A stretch of 64,000 nt of DNA from Microcoleaceae cyanobacterium (GTDB taxonomy: Bacteria; Cyanobacteriota; Cyanobacteriia; Cyanobacteriales; Microcoleaceae), in contig JBOFUV010000071.1 of the NCBI GenBank assembly GCA_051652765.1, positions 43,437 through 107,436 on the forward strand, written 5' to 3'. This document shows, piece after piece, positions 1 through 10,643 of this stretch. Numbering within the stretch: the stretch's first letter is position 1; every line of letters begins with the position of its first letter. Position numbers and translations under genes: made by a program. The notes below the pieces were generated by a model. It made no database searches and was not told the DNA's origin. It worked only from the letters and a program-made list of their open reading frames with translations.

Positions 1-2
1 GC

Positions 3-1376
3 GTTGTTGAACTGCCAAGTACGCCTCTATTTGGCACGGATGGAATTCGGGGACGAGTCGGTGAATTGCTGAGCGCTCCCCTCGCCCTCCAGGTGGGGTT
101 TTGGGCAGGGCAAGTTTTGCGTCAACATGTGCAGCATTTAAACTGTTCTGGCCCGATTCTGCTCGGTCAGGATACCCGCAATTCAGGCAACATGTTGGCG
201 ATGGCGTTGTCAGCAGGGCTAACAGCGGCTGGATTGGATGTCTGGTATTTAGGACTGTGTCCAACCCCCGGTGTTGCCTATCTCACCAGTATCTCTGATG
301 CTGTGGGTGGAATCATGATTTCAGCCAGTCACAATCCGCCCGAAGATAACGGCATCAAGTTTTTCGGCCTCGATGGTACTAAGTTATCCACCGAACTCCA
401 GCAACAAATTGAAGCAGGGTTACGGGGCTATGCTGACTTTCCGATTCGGTTCAATCACTGTGGCCAACATTACCATCGTTCTGAACTCGTCCAGCAGTAT
501 GCCGATTCTCTCTCTAGTTCTTTGCTGGCTAGTGGTGACTTAAGGGGAATGCGAGTCGTTCTTGACTTGGCTTGGGGGGCTGCAGTTCATTTGGCCCCAG
601 AAGTCTTCCGAGCCATGGGAGCAGAAGTGATCTGTCTTCATGCTCAACCCGATGGTCACCAAATTAACGTCAACTGTGGCTCCACCCACTTAGACATTCT
701 GCAAAAGGCCGTTGTAGACCATCAGGCGGATATTGGGTTTGCCTTTGATGGAGATGCCGATCGGGTATTGGCCGTGGATCACACCGGTCGCGCAGTGAAC
801 GGAGACTATATTCTCTATCTTTGGGGCAAATCTCTCAGCCAAGCAGGCAAGTTGCCAGAAGAGTTAATCATCACAACAGTCATGGCCAATTTAGGCTTTG
901 AGCAAGCCTGGAAACAGTTTGGAGGACAGTTCAAGCGGACTCCGGTAGGCGATCAACATGTTCATGCGGAGATGGTTCAAACTGGGGCAATGCTCGGTGG
1001 AGAACAATCCGGTCATATTCTCTGCCCTCACTATGGCGTGACTGGAGATGGACTCTTAACAGCCCTGCATTTGGCAACCCTGGCAAAGCAAGAGCCCTTC
1101 GCCCATCAAATCGATCACAGTTTCCAAACCTATCCCCAACTGTTGAAAAACATTCGGGTGGAAGATGGGAGCCGTCGTCGGAATTGGAAAACCTGTGACC
1201 CCGTGGCTCAGGCCATTGAAACGGCGGAAGCTGCCATGGGCGATCGCGGTCGGATTTTGGTTCGGGCTTCTGGAACTGAACCCGTAATTCGCGTCATGGT
1301 CGAAGCGGTTGATTTAGATCTGGTCACCTACTGGGCAAACCGTTTGGCTTCTGTCGTAGAACAGCACCTGAGTTAG
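3..1376 (+). CDS. glmM: Phosphoglucosamine mutase (5'-truncated by window edge)
   Basis: Frame is open from position 3 (LFGTDGIRG). Motifs ISASHNP (phosphoserine), DGDADR (metal), GGEQSGH and RASGTEP are present. Confidence 0.95.
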   Translation, partial: VVELPSTPLFGTDGIRGRVGELLSAPLALQVGFWAGQVLRQHVQHLNCSGPILLGQDTRNSGNMLAMALSAGLTAAGLDVWYLGLCPTPGVAYLTSISDAVGGIMISASHNPPEDNGIKFFGLDGTKLSTELQQQIEAGLRGYADFPIRFNHCGQHYHRSELVQQYADSLSSSLLASGDLRGMRVVLDLAWGAAVHLAPEVFRAMGAEVICLHAQPDGHQINVNCGSTHLDILQKAVVDHQADIGFAFDGDADRVLAVDHTGRAVNGDYILYLWGKSLSQAGKLPEELIITTVMANLGFEQAWKQFGGQFKRTPVGDQHVHAEMVQTGAMLGGEQSGHILCPHYGVTGDGLLTALHLATLAKQEPFAHQIDHSFQTYPQLLKNIRVEDGSRRRNWKTCDPVAQAIETAEAAMGDRGRILVRASGTEPVIRVMVEAVDLDLVTYWANRLASVVEQHLS

Positions 1377-1502
1377 GAGACATCATCTGCCGAAATCTTA
1401 GGAGATACTAGAATAACCCCAACTCTGACGGGAGGTCACAGACGCATCTGAACCTCAGGAAGGCTTCAGGGGTTCCTTTAATGTTAGAAAGAACCGAGTC
1501 CC

Positions 1503-3125
1503 ATGGCAACAACTCTCCGAAAGAGGAAGGTCAAAACGTCAAGGAAATCTCAGAAAAAATTGGGTGTTCAGCAACCCACTTTGAGTAAAAAGGAGTTGAA
1601 ACTTCGTCAACGCCAACGGGCGAAGGAACGGAACAAATTAATTTCCTTGACCATGTCCACGGGGATTGTTGCCCTGTTGGTGGGGATTGCCCTATTTTTT
1701 GTCAAGGATGAGAAGTTGGCCATTGCTGGGGCAGGCGGAATCTTTGCCCTAGTGTTGTGTTATCACTATCCATTTTCAGGAATTTGGGCACTTTTAATTT
1801 ATTTACCCTTTTCTGGAACGGTCACCTACTGGGTTGGCGGTGGAAATGCTTTATTCCAGCTTGCTAAGGATGGGTTCTACCTTCCCGCTGTACTTGCCCT
1901 GAACCAACAACTCAAACGCCAACGCCAACCTTTTATTCTGCCCAAAGCCCTGAAGCAACCCTTGTACATTCTTCTCGGGTTTTGTGGCCTAACGTTACTC
2001 GTGGTCAACGGGTCACAGCAACTTGATCCTGGAGGAGATAAGCCAATTTTGTTAGGGTTGCTAGGGCTGAAGGTGTTTATTGGTTATTTTCCCTTGATTA
2101 CCTGTGCGTTTTACCAGATCAAAGGCAAAAAAGAATTGCTGTTCCTGATGCGGCTGACCTTGGTTCTGGCGATTATCTGCTGTGTTCTCGGGGTCATTCA
2201 GTACCAATTTTTGACTTCGGGTCGATGTCAAGGCACGGATCACTTGACTGGAGATGACTTGTTTAAAGCAACGTTAGACGCAAAGTGCCTCGTTGGCGGA
2301 TCGTTGGTCTACAGTCCTTCCCAGAACATGATCCGATTGCCGGGAACCTTTGTGGCCCCTTGGCAATGGGCCTGGTTTTTGATTGCCAACGCGGTGTTTG
2401 CCTTTGCCACAGCCTTTAGTGATCCGTCTCCCAAGTGGCGCACAGTCGGTTTGGCAGGAATGGCGCTCGTTTTTGTCAATGCCGCAATTTCGGGTCAACG
2501 GATTGCTCTCGCTCTGGTTCCAGCCATTACCGTGATCTTGTTAGTTCTCACGGGACAAGTGGCCAATCTCAAGCGATTTTTGCCCATTGCAGTTGGGATG
2601 GGCTTGATATTGATGGGCGTGATCGCCACCAATCCTGCGATCTTGCAAGAACGGATTGACAGTTTTGTCTCCCGTTGGCAAGCTTCACCTCCTACTGGAT
2701 TCATTGCCGAACAATTTGCATTTGTTACCCAGGGAGAACTGGGGATTTTGGGTAGTGGGTTGGGACGAGCAACAAACTCTGCCCGGATTTTTGGGGAAAC
2801 AAAACTGATTGAAACCTACTATCCTAAGCTAATTTATGAAATTGGCCCCCTAGGAACCCTAGCCTTTTTGGGATTGGTGACAATCATCACCATGACGACC
2901 TTTAAAACCTATCGATCGATTAAAGATAAAAACCTCCGGAGTTTTGGGGCTTGTCTTTGGGTATTTGTTCTATTTATTAGCTACAACACCTATTACTATC
3001 CCCTCGATGTTGACCCTGTTTGCGTCTATTACTGGTATTTTGTCGGAGTGATCTATAAACTCCCCGATATTGACAAGCAAGAACAAAAGCGATTACAAGA
3101 AGAGGCGGCATTCTCGACAGGATAG
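1503..3125 (+). CDS. hpsL: Multi-pass membrane protein, O-antigen ligase/polymerase-like, resembling hormogonium polysaccharide protein HpsL
   Basis: Basic N-terminus, about 11 hydrophobic segments, RLPGTF and GxGLGR motifs typical of Wzy_C-like proteins. Confidence 0.65.
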   Translation: MATTLRKRKVKTSRKSQKKLGVQQPTLSKKELKLRQRQRAKERNKLISLTMSTGIVALLVGIALFFVKDEKLAIAGAGGIFALVLCYHYPFSGIWALLIYLPFSGTVTYWVGGGNALFQLAKDGFYLPAVLALNQQLKRQRQPFILPKALKQPLYILLGFCGLTLLVVNGSQQLDPGGDKPILLGLLGLKVFIGYFPLITCAFYQIKGKKELLFLMRLTLVLAIICCVLGVIQYQFLTSGRCQGTDHLTGDDLFKATLDAKCLVGGSLVYSPSQNMIRLPGTFVAPWQWAWFLIANAVFAFATAFSDPSPKWRTVGLAGMALVFVNAAISGQRIALALVPAITVILLVLTGQVANLKRFLPIAVGMGLILMGVIATNPAILQERIDSFVSRWQASPPTGFIAEQFAFVTQGELGILGSGLGRATNSARIFGETKLIETYYPKLIYEIGPLGTLAFLGLVTIITMTTFKTYRSIKDKNLRSFGACLWVFVLFISYNTYYYPLDVDPVCVYYWYFVGVIYKLPDIDKQEQKRLQEEAAFSTG

Positions 3126-3237
3126 TTAGCGTCAGGATGGTTAGCCCAAGAATAGTTGGCCCAAGAATTGCCAGGGTGACTCGAAAAACATTGCCGTCAT
3201 TCCACTTTTACCCCTAGGAACTTTATCCCCAGGAACT

Positions 3238-5373
3238 TTACTTTCGGGGACAGTCAGGGTGAATTCCGCCTTGGTTGCAAATGTAAGTAATTTGGTTGGG
3301 GGTCAGGTTTTTGGCTTGAGAAAAATTAACCCGTTTGAGGCGGCTGGATTGATTTTGGGTTTCTGTACTTTGAATAAACCCATCTTTAGCTTCAGCGGCA
3401 GGGGTTGCCACAAACTTAGCTCCGTTAAAATCCGTATTCTTTAAGGATGCCCCGGTCAAATTCACCAAGCTGAGATCTGCATTTTGCAAGGTAGCCTCTT
3501 GTAGATTGGCATTCTTGAAATTTGCTCCCGTGAGTTGGGTAAAGCTCAGATCCGCCCCGCGCAAATCTGCGCCCTGAAAATCGGCTCCGGCCAAATCTGC
3601 GTCCTGCAAGCCCGCCTGTTGTAGGTTGGTATTGAGGAATTCCGCTCCCTGAGCCTTAACTTTCATCATCCGCGCCGCTGCTAAATTAGCATTAGAGAAC
3701 TGAGCATTGGTCAGATCGGCCCCGGTCAGCTTTGTTCCTGCCAGTTGAGCCTCTTCTAGGTTGGCCCCAATTAACTTTGTACTGCTGAGATTGGCCTCGG
3801 TCAAATCTGCTGCGGAGAGATTAGCTTTGTTCAAAATCCCTCGGAGCAAGTTTGTCCGTTTTAACTCAACGTGACTGAGAAAGGCTCCGGTTAAATCAGC
3901 ATCCGTTAAATCAGCTCCACTTAAATCCGCAATCCAATCATCAAATGTCCCAAACCGTCCATCTTTCCCCGCGCTGTAAAAGTTGCTATCGGCTAGATTC
4001 GCTTGATTCAGGAGGCTACTCCGAAAGTTCAGCCCGGATAAATCGGTGTTATTCAAAACTAGGGTGAATTGGGCTGATTCTAGGGGTTGACTTAGATCAA
4101 CTCGACTCAGATCAACCTCGTGTAATGAACCACTGTGAATCGTTAGTAACTTCGCGATCGCCCGTTGAACGGCCTGTTGACGCTTGGCTGTTAGCTGTTT
4201 CTCCTGAGCATTGGCCCCAAACTCCATGGACGCGAGTTCATTCTTCAAGGCTTGGTTCAACTGCCGGAGATAGGGAAGGGTATCTGGCCCTGCACTCACC
4301 AACGCCTGTTGGGTCACGTCGAGTAACCCTGGGTTGGTCTCCTGTCCCAGGAAATCAACCAATAGGGGAATCGCTCTAGAGTCATTTAATGTGCCCAACG
4401 CTAAAATCGCCCCTTGCCGTTGAGCGGTATCTTTGGCAGTGTTTGGAGACAATTTGCCAACCAGATTGAGGAAGAGTTCGTTATCCTGATGTTTGAACTC
4501 CCGACGGTTAGCCTGACTTTGAATATAGACCTGAGTCCCCGCAAAAGTTCCTAGCACAGTAGCCATGCTGAGACCACTGACGGTTATCAGGGTAATTCCA
4601 GGATGTTGACGCATCCAAGCCCACAGATCAACAGGGAAGTTGCGCTGTCGGGGAGTGAACACCAATGACCGAACCGCTTCTGTTTCACCCATCCAGTCAT
4701 AACTCGTGAACGGATTGGCATTGAATTTCAACCCCGCCTCTCGAACCATCGTTCCGGCCAGTAGATCATGACCTGCGCGACCTTTAAACCGTTTAGCAAA
4801 CAGCCCATCTGCCAGAATCATCAGTCCAGACAGCCCCGTCAAAATCACTAGGTTTGGAAATGCCCCGGTTAACCGCCAGATGCCGTAGGCCATCCCCAAT
4901 GGAATCCCCCAACGACCGATAGATTCTCGGTAGAGGGCTTGTAACAAGCTGGGAGGCACTCTGTAACGGTTCACTACCTGGACTCCAAACCAGCGCTTTG
5001 GCAGGGTTTGCCCGGTGCGGGAGAGCAGATAGACTTGCCAGCCAGATACCAAAATTGGCACAAACAACGCCCCTGACCAGAAGAAATTAGTCAGAGCAGT
5101 TACCTGAGGGCTGCGTTCCCGAACAGGAAGTCCCAGGGTTGCAGCTACAACATTAGACGTTATCCGTAGACTGGGGTTCAGGGGAACAGACTGAGGCGAA
5201 CGATTAGAGATTGCTCCAAGGGTTAAGGGCACCATCCCACTGACTGCGACGAGAGAAATTTCTACTGCCCAAGCTCCGCACCGACGTAGCCATACAGGAA
5301 GTTGCCGAACTTGAAACTGCCATTCAGGGGGCTGGGAGGGATTTGCGTCTCTACCGAGGGATGGACTTGTCAT
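3238..5373 (-). CDS. RDD-domain membrane protein with HEAT-like segment and C-terminal pentapeptide repeats
   Basis: RDD motifs (GQTLPKRWFGVQVV, GRAGHDLLAGT), a HEAT-like AILALG..RAIPLL segment, and a long A(D/N)Lxx pentapeptide tract. Confidence 0.85.
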   Translation of the reverse strand: MTSPSLGRDANPSQPPEWQFQVRQLPVWLRRCGAWAVEISLVAVSGMVPLTLGAISNRSPQSVPLNPSLRITSNVVAATLGLPVRERSPQVTALTNFFWSGALFVPILVSGWQVYLLSRTGQTLPKRWFGVQVVNRYRVPPSLLQALYRESIGRWGIPLGMAYGIWRLTGAFPNLVILTGLSGLMILADGLFAKRFKGRAGHDLLAGTMVREAGLKFNANPFTSYDWMGETEAVRSLVFTPRQRNFPVDLWAWMRQHPGITLITVSGLSMATVLGTFAGTQVYIQSQANRREFKHQDNELFLNLVGKLSPNTAKDTAQRQGAILALGTLNDSRAIPLLVDFLGQETNPGLLDVTQQALVSAGPDTLPYLRQLNQALKNELASMEFGANAQEKQLTAKRQQAVQRAIAKLLTIHSGSLHEVDLSRVDLSQPLESAQFTLVLNNTDLSGLNFRSSLLNQANLADSNFYSAGKDGRFGTFDDWIADLSGADLTDADLTGAFLSHVELKRTNLLRGILNKANLSAADLTEANLSSTKLIGANLEEAQLAGTKLTGADLTNAQFSNANLAAARMMKVKAQGAEFLNTNLQQAGLQDADLAGADFQGADLRGADLSFTQLTGANFKNANLQEATLQNADLSLVNLTGASLKNTDFNGAKFVATPAAEAKDGFIQSTETQNQSSRLKRVNFSQAKNLTPNQITYICNQGGIHPDCPRK

Positions 5374-5438
5374 AGTTAAAGTTGCCTTTGAAGTCTGCCT
5401 TTGAAGTCTGTCCTTGAAAGTTGCCTGACCCAGAATCG

Positions 5439-5786
5439 TTATGATTTGGAGGAACTCAGGGATTTAAAAATTTGATACGCACCATATCCTACTACAGCAA
5501 TAACCGCAAGACTAAAGGCTAAAGAAATGAGCTGAACCAAAGCTTTCACTAACGCCAAGGCCGCAGCTACACCGATGACCCCCACAACAATTTGTCCAAC
5601 CTTGGGTAAGTCCTGGAACCAAGCGAGAAATTGTTTGTAGTAGGTTGTCATAGACTTTGAGAATGCAGACTTTGAGAACTCAGATTCCGAGGACTGGGAG
5701 GAACCCGTAATTGGTTGAGTTCGATGCAAGTCGGCTTCCATGTCTTCCAACTTACGTTTGAGATCAGGATCATCTTGAAAGTTCAT
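5439..5786 (-). CDS. Small hypothetical membrane protein
   Basis: 115-aa ORF with two C-terminal hydrophobic helices. Confidence 0.7.
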   Translation of the reverse strand: MNFQDDPDLKRKLEDMEADLHRTQPITGSSQSSESEFSKSAFSKSMTTYYKQFLAWFQDLPKVGQIVVGVIGVAAALALVKALVQLISLAFSLAVIAVVGYGAYQIFKSLSSSKS

Positions 5787-5825
5787 AATACTTTTCCTTT
5801 TTTCATTCAGGAGCTTGTAATGATT

Positions 5826-5887
5826 TTAAACTTACCGCCTTAAACTTACCGCCTTAAACTTACCGTCTGAAACTTACCGCCTTAAAC
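5826..5887. repeat. 14-bp tandem repeat (TTAAACTTACCGCC, about 4 copies)
   Basis: Read directly from the sequence; the third copy is slightly diverged. Confidence 0.85.
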
Positions 5888-6155
5888 CTTAATGACTATC
5901 AGCTTAAGAGACAACGATAAATTTGATTAACTAATATACCTACAGCAATAGAGGGGTTTGGGGATTTCGTCCCCAAGGAGGGCACACAAATCATTTGAGA
6001 TTGCTACAGCAGCTTGAGAGACAACGACCACATTGGTTGAGTTGACCAGGAGTCCCACGGGATTCAGCGGAGAATATCCGGCTTTGCAGTTCTCCTGGCA
6101 GTATTGTACCTAAGGATAGAGTGATCAGTTAATGCTGACTAGATGAGGAGGCAAG

Positions 6156-6584
6156 ATGAATTTAAGTAGATTTAAACCAAACAAACGGGCATTTGTTGGA
6201 TTTGTTGGATTAACACTGGCGTTGATGTTAGCGCTTCCCCAGACTGCCTGGGCAGATCGAGAAAAGCTTGCCCCTGGCATACCCCTGAATATCTCTGGGA
6301 CATCAGGAGGAACAGCCAATAGTGGAGACTGTGGTTACATTTCGACTACTCCTAACCACGTGATTGATCTGGTCGAAGACTTGAGCTTCTGGCAAATTCG
6401 GGTCAGAACTGCGGGAGCCCCTACATTGCTGATTGATGGCCCCGGCGGACGGTACTGTGTGCTGCCCGAAGGAGGATTGTTACAATTTTCTGGCTATGGC
6501 ACCCAAGGAACCTATAACGTCTACATCGGTGATCGCGCTCAAGGCAAACATCCTTACAGCCTCTCCGTCTCAGGTCGCCAGTAG
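6156..6584 (+). CDS. Secreted hypothetical protein, PPC-like beta-sandwich
   Basis: GGAGG ribosome-binding site, signal peptide ending AWA, PTLLIDGPGG and GTYNVYIG motifs. Confidence 0.7.
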   Translation: MNLSRFKPNKRAFVGFVGLTLALMLALPQTAWADREKLAPGIPLNISGTSGGTANSGDCGYISTTPNHVIDLVEDLSFWQIRVRTAGAPTLLIDGPGGRYCVLPEGGLLQFSGYGTQGTYNVYIGDRAQGKHPYSLSVSGRQ

Positions 6585-6857
6585 AGATTCAGTTCACTAC
6601 TCCCGATATTCTCCTGATTTCAGAGTCCTCGGTAGAATAGGCAATTAGTGGAACAAGATGACTGGCTCCTAAGCTGATTCATCTATAATTGAAAGTGAAA
6701 TAGAGTTTGCTATCTACTGGAACTCGCAGTGTCACCCAATTGATCATCAGCTCCTAAAACGGTAGCTGTTTGGCTATTAAGCGTTCGATCAGTTTGTGGG
6801 AACGTCATTAATTTCTACTCCCTTTCGTTAAAGTAGACTAGGTAACGGGAATATTCA

Positions 6858-8372
6858 ATGAGTTCTAAGATCTGGTATCTCGCAGCTTTTGGGATTATGG
6901 CAGTTGGGACGAGTACAGTAGCTAGTGCTGCAACTGCGACTCCTCCGGGGAGGCTGTATCCAAATCTGCTGCTCAATCAACCGCAGCCCACTTCAACTCA
7001 ATTCAAGCCAGTGCCAACGGGTTCGGCTCAGGCCAATCTGCTTTTTGCTCAAGATATTCAAGAACAGGCCAACATTCGGGTCTATGAACAAGCTAGCCCT
7101 GCTGTTGTCTCAATTGATACTGAAACTGCCAACGGCAGTGGCACGATCATTACCCCCGATGGCATGGTGCTAACCAACGCCCATGTTGTCGCGGCTGGAG
7201 GAGAGGTCAAACTTAAATTGGCAGATGGCAAAGAAGTTGTTGCTGATGTGGTTGCCTTTGGCGACCCAGGGCTCGACTTGGCCATTTTAAAAATTCGGAA
7301 TGTTAGCAATCTCCCAACCATTAAAATCGCTCGCCCTGGTTCTATCAAGGTTGGCCAGCGAGCCTATGCCATTGGCAATCCCTTCGGACAGTTTCAGGGA
7401 ACCCTCACCGTTGGGATTGTTAGTCGGATTGATCAAGAACGAAACTTGATCCAGACTGATGCTGCCATTAACCCAGGAAATTCTGGTGGCCCATTGCTCA
7501 ACAGCGAGGGAGAACTGATTGGAGTCAACACAGCAATCTTTACCCGAGGTCAAAGCGGGGGCAATATTGGGATTGGGTTTGCGATTTCAGTGGATAAAAT
7601 TCCCCCTTTTTTACAGGCAGTTAAGGAAGGGCGGGCTCCAACGGTGGCTCAAGTGTCAAGGCCCATGGCATTTACCAGTGAGAATGCGGAACCGGTAAAA
7701 GTTGATGGCCCAGAAGTAGCGGGTCGGTTAGACAATGGCGATCCAATCTTACCTGTGGACAATAGCTATTACGATATCTATGCATTTGAGGGCAAAGCAG
7801 GTCAACAAGTCATGATTGAAATGAAGAGTCGAGAAATTGATTCTTACTTGATTCTTCTAGATGCAGAAGGGGCAGAACTAGCTCAGGACGATGATGGTGG
7901 AGGAGAAAATGATGCAAAAATTGTCGTTACCCTTCCCCAGGATGGAACCTACACATTCCTAGCAAATTCCTACGATGCTGGAGAATTGGGCGGTTACCAA
8001 CTTCAACTCCGAACGGCAACCCTGCGACAACCTTCCGCGTCTCCTCCGGTTGAGGGCATGATTCTGAAACAGGAAGGCAGCTTGAACTCCGGTGATGCAG
8101 TATTGCCCTCGGACGGCAGTTTGTATGATGAGTACACGTTCGAAGGGCAGGCAGGACAATCCGTCACGATTCGGATAGATAGTCCGGATTTTGATCCCTA
8201 TGTTGCCTTGTTTGGCCCCAATGGTCGCTTGGTTGCTGAAAATGATGATGCTAGTCGTGTAGACAAAAATGCAGGAATCACGGTAACGTTACCGATGGCA
8301 GGAGTGTACCGCGTTGTTGTGAATGCTTATGACAACACGGGTCGAGGTCAATATTTGCTGACTGTGCGCTAA
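6858..8372 (+). CDS. Trypsin-like (HtrA-related) serine protease with two C-terminal PPC domains
   Basis: LTNAHVV, DLAILK and INPGNSGGPL catalytic motifs; two YxFEGxAGQ...GxY PPC repeats; signal peptide. Confidence 0.9.
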   Translation: MSSKIWYLAAFGIMAVGTSTVASAATATPPGRLYPNLLLNQPQPTSTQFKPVPTGSAQANLLFAQDIQEQANIRVYEQASPAVVSIDTETANGSGTIITPDGMVLTNAHVVAAGGEVKLKLADGKEVVADVVAFGDPGLDLAILKIRNVSNLPTIKIARPGSIKVGQRAYAIGNPFGQFQGTLTVGIVSRIDQERNLIQTDAAINPGNSGGPLLNSEGELIGVNTAIFTRGQSGGNIGIGFAISVDKIPPFLQAVKEGRAPTVAQVSRPMAFTSENAEPVKVDGPEVAGRLDNGDPILPVDNSYYDIYAFEGKAGQQVMIEMKSREIDSYLILLDAEGAELAQDDDGGGENDAKIVVTLPQDGTYTFLANSYDAGELGGYQLQLRTATLRQPSASPPVEGMILKQEGSLNSGDAVLPSDGSLYDEYTFEGQAGQSVTIRIDSPDFDPYVALFGPNGRLVAENDDASRVDKNAGITVTLPMAGVYRVVVNAYDNTGRGQYLLTVR

Positions 8373-8548
8373 GTAACTTGCAAACCACACTTTGGTTTTG
8401 AGCTGACTATTAAATGTGTACTAAATGTGTCACTAAATGTGTCGCTTAAGCACTGTAACTCAAGCAGAGGTTGCATCCTCTGCTTTTATGCCCATCCCTC
8501 AGCATGGATTTGCATACTAACTTTTGTTTTTTTCTAATGAGGTCGTTC

Positions 8549-9121
8549 ATGTACCCAATCAATCGAATCCAGTTCTGGTTCTCAACAGTAAGCTGCCTTG
8601 TCGTGTCTCCAGTGATCTTATTTGCCACGATCTCGGCTAATGCGAATCAAATTGTGCAAAAGGATGCTGCCAGCATTCAAGTCCTAGCAGGCTTGGCTCC
8701 TATTTTTAGGTTCAACGTGGCCCAAGAGGCTCCTCAACCCACCCCAACTCCTGCTCCAATTCCAGAAGGCCCTGGTCAATCCCAACAGCCTCCAGTTTCT
8801 ACAGATGCCATTTTGAATCAGGCGGGAGAATTGAAGGATGGGGACTCCGTGTTGGCCTCTGATGGTAGTTTGTACGACGAATATACCTTTGAGGGCAAAA
8901 AAGATCAGCAGGTTACTGTTCTTTTAGAAAGTGGGGATTTTGACCCTTATCTGGCAATCTTCACCCCAGACAACAAACTACTTGAGGAACACGACGATAT
9001 CAGTGAAAAAGACCCCAACGCTCGGATCACTGTCACGCTTCCTAGCGATGGAAAATACCGAGTTATTGTCAACTCCTATGATGAAAAAGGTCGGGGCAAA
9101 TATCAACTCAAGGTTCAGTAG
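8549..9121 (+). CDS. Secreted single PPC-domain protein
   Basis: ATG at 8549 follows GAGG. Signal peptide, Pro-rich linker, and a PPC domain clearly paralogous to the protease C-terminal domain. Confidence 0.8.
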   Translation: MYPINRIQFWFSTVSCLVVSPVILFATISANANQIVQKDAASIQVLAGLAPIFRFNVAQEAPQPTPTPAPIPEGPGQSQQPPVSTDAILNQAGELKDGDSVLASDGSLYDEYTFEGKKDQQVTVLLESGDFDPYLAIFTPDNKLLEEHDDISEKDPNARITVTLPSDGKYRVIVNSYDEKGRGKYQLKVQ

Positions 9122-9143
9122 GAATTTAGGGTGCAGAGGGAGT

Positions 9144-9169
9144 TAGGTTTCGTAATCGTAAAACCTAAC
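9144..9169. terminator. Hairpin between convergent genes
   Basis: TTAGGTTT...AAACCTAA inverted repeat just after the 9121 stop. Confidence 0.45.
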
Positions 9170-9317
9170 CCTCATCCATGGGCTATTTCTTGACAAAGAA
9201 CCATCCAAGCCTGAAGAATGAAAAGTCAATCCCCCTAAAATTTTGTAGGTTGATCTTCTTACCTGACCCAACGATCTGGGGCAGCCATTCTGGATTATTG
9301 ACTTCAATTGATTGACT

Positions 9318-9554
9318 TTAATACCTTAAGCCTAGCCAAGTGAACAAATCTTGGTGAGTTAGGGATTCCAGCAGAATTAGAATCACAAACCCGATCATCG
9401 CAAAGCGGCCATTGATCCGCTCAGCATAAGCTGTCCAGCCAAAAGCTGGAGCGGGCTCAATGGAGGTTGAATCCCTAGGGTTTAGTTCGGCAGCGGCAGG
9501 TTCAGACGAGGTGGTGTCAGTAGAGGTGGACTTATCAGCAGGGGAAGAACTCAT
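9318..9554 (-). CDS. High-light-inducible protein (CAB/ELIP/HLIP family)
   Basis: AERINGRFAMIGF chlorophyll-binding motif in a single TM helix. Confidence 0.92.
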   Translation of the reverse strand: MSSSPADKSTSTDTTSSEPAAAELNPRDSTSIEPAPAFGWTAYAERINGRFAMIGFVILILLESLTHQDLFTWLGLRY

Positions 9555-10564
9555 GACTTTTGCTCCAAATGTTCAATAGCTTCAATCAGCGATCGCACGG
9601 TTTTAGTCCCTGCTGACGGTTCAAAAGTTAAGGGAAACTTTCTGCGGGCAATCATTCGCAGACCTAAGGGGCCAAGACTGAGCAGTCCTTGCAGATCCCG
9701 AAAGTAGTTGCCGACAACAAACACACCGAATTTACGTTCATCGACCCATCCGCCTTGCTTCACCAAGTCAACCATGACTTTCCGGTGACGAATAGCACGG
9801 CTAGAGGGTTGGTCTTTTCGCTGCAGGATTTCATGTTTAATCTTGGTGATCTGATCCAGGGGAGCCACTTCCATGGGACAAACACTGTTGCAGTTAAAAC
9901 ATCGGGTACAGCCCCAAACCCCGCTCATGCCTTGATTATACTGCTCTAGTCGATGATCCGTCTGGACATCGCGAGTATCGGCCAACATCCGCTGAGCTTT
10001 AGCTAGGGCATGGGGCCCAACAAACTCAGGATTAACTTCTAAGGCATTACACTCTGAATAACAGGCCCCGCACAGAATACAATTTCCGGTCTGATTTAGG
10101 CGATCACGTTCTTCTGGGGTTTGCAAAAATTCTCGTTCTGGAACTAAACGAGCCTCCGTACTGACATAAGGTTCCACAGCTTGGAGGTTGTCCCAAAAGC
10201 GGCTCATATCGACAATCAAATCCTTGAGCACAGGTAGATTGCCCATCGGAGCAATTATCATTTCAAGACTATCTTCCGGATGGGGGGGCATTGAACTTGA
10301 TGCCGCGATCCGTTCTAGTCGAGCCACTTCACTGGCAATATTTTCCTTGCAAGCTAGGGCTGAGCGACCGTTAATTCGCATTGAACAACTGCCACAGATG
10401 GTGTTCCGACAGTTTTTCCGAAAAGCCAACCCACCATCTTGCTCCCACTTGATCTGATTCAGGCAGTCAAGAATGGTATTGCCCAGTTCTACCTCTAAGG
10501 TATAGGTCTGAAACCTAGGCACTTGGTTTTGAGCTTGCCGCAGAATTTTAAATCGGACTTGCAT
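9551..10564 (-). CDS. sdhB: Succinate dehydrogenase/fumarate reductase iron-sulfur subunit
   Basis: Cys clusters CRNTICGSC, CILCGACYSEC and CTRCFNCNSVCP. Confidence 0.95.
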   Translation of the reverse strand: MQVRFKILRQAQNQVPRFQTYTLEVELGNTILDCLNQIKWEQDGGLAFRKNCRNTICGSCSMRINGRSALACKENIASEVARLERIAASSSMPPHPEDSLEMIIAPMGNLPVLKDLIVDMSRFWDNLQAVEPYVSTEARLVPEREFLQTPEERDRLNQTGNCILCGACYSECNALEVNPEFVGPHALAKAQRMLADTRDVQTDHRLEQYNQGMSGVWGCTRCFNCNSVCPMEVAPLDQITKIKHEILQRKDQPSSRAIRHRKVMVDLVKQGGWVDERKFGVFVVGNYFRDLQGLLSLGPLGLRMIARRKFPLTFEPSAGTKTVRSLIEAIEHLEQKS

Positions 10565-10643
10565 TGGTTTAACCCAGGTTATTCATGAGTTGAGGAACAC
10601 TTGATCTAGTATAAATTACCTAGCCTAAACTATCTAGTGTAAA

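Noticed and set aside
1424..1435. TCTGACGGGAGG shared with about 22514
   Set aside because: It is only 12 bp with unrelated flanks, so it is likely chance.
5900..6027. 18-bp near-direct repeat (CAGCTT(A/G)AGAGACAACGA) around a REP-like hairpin
   Set aside because: It could be an insertion scar, but the element ends are unclear and support is too weak.
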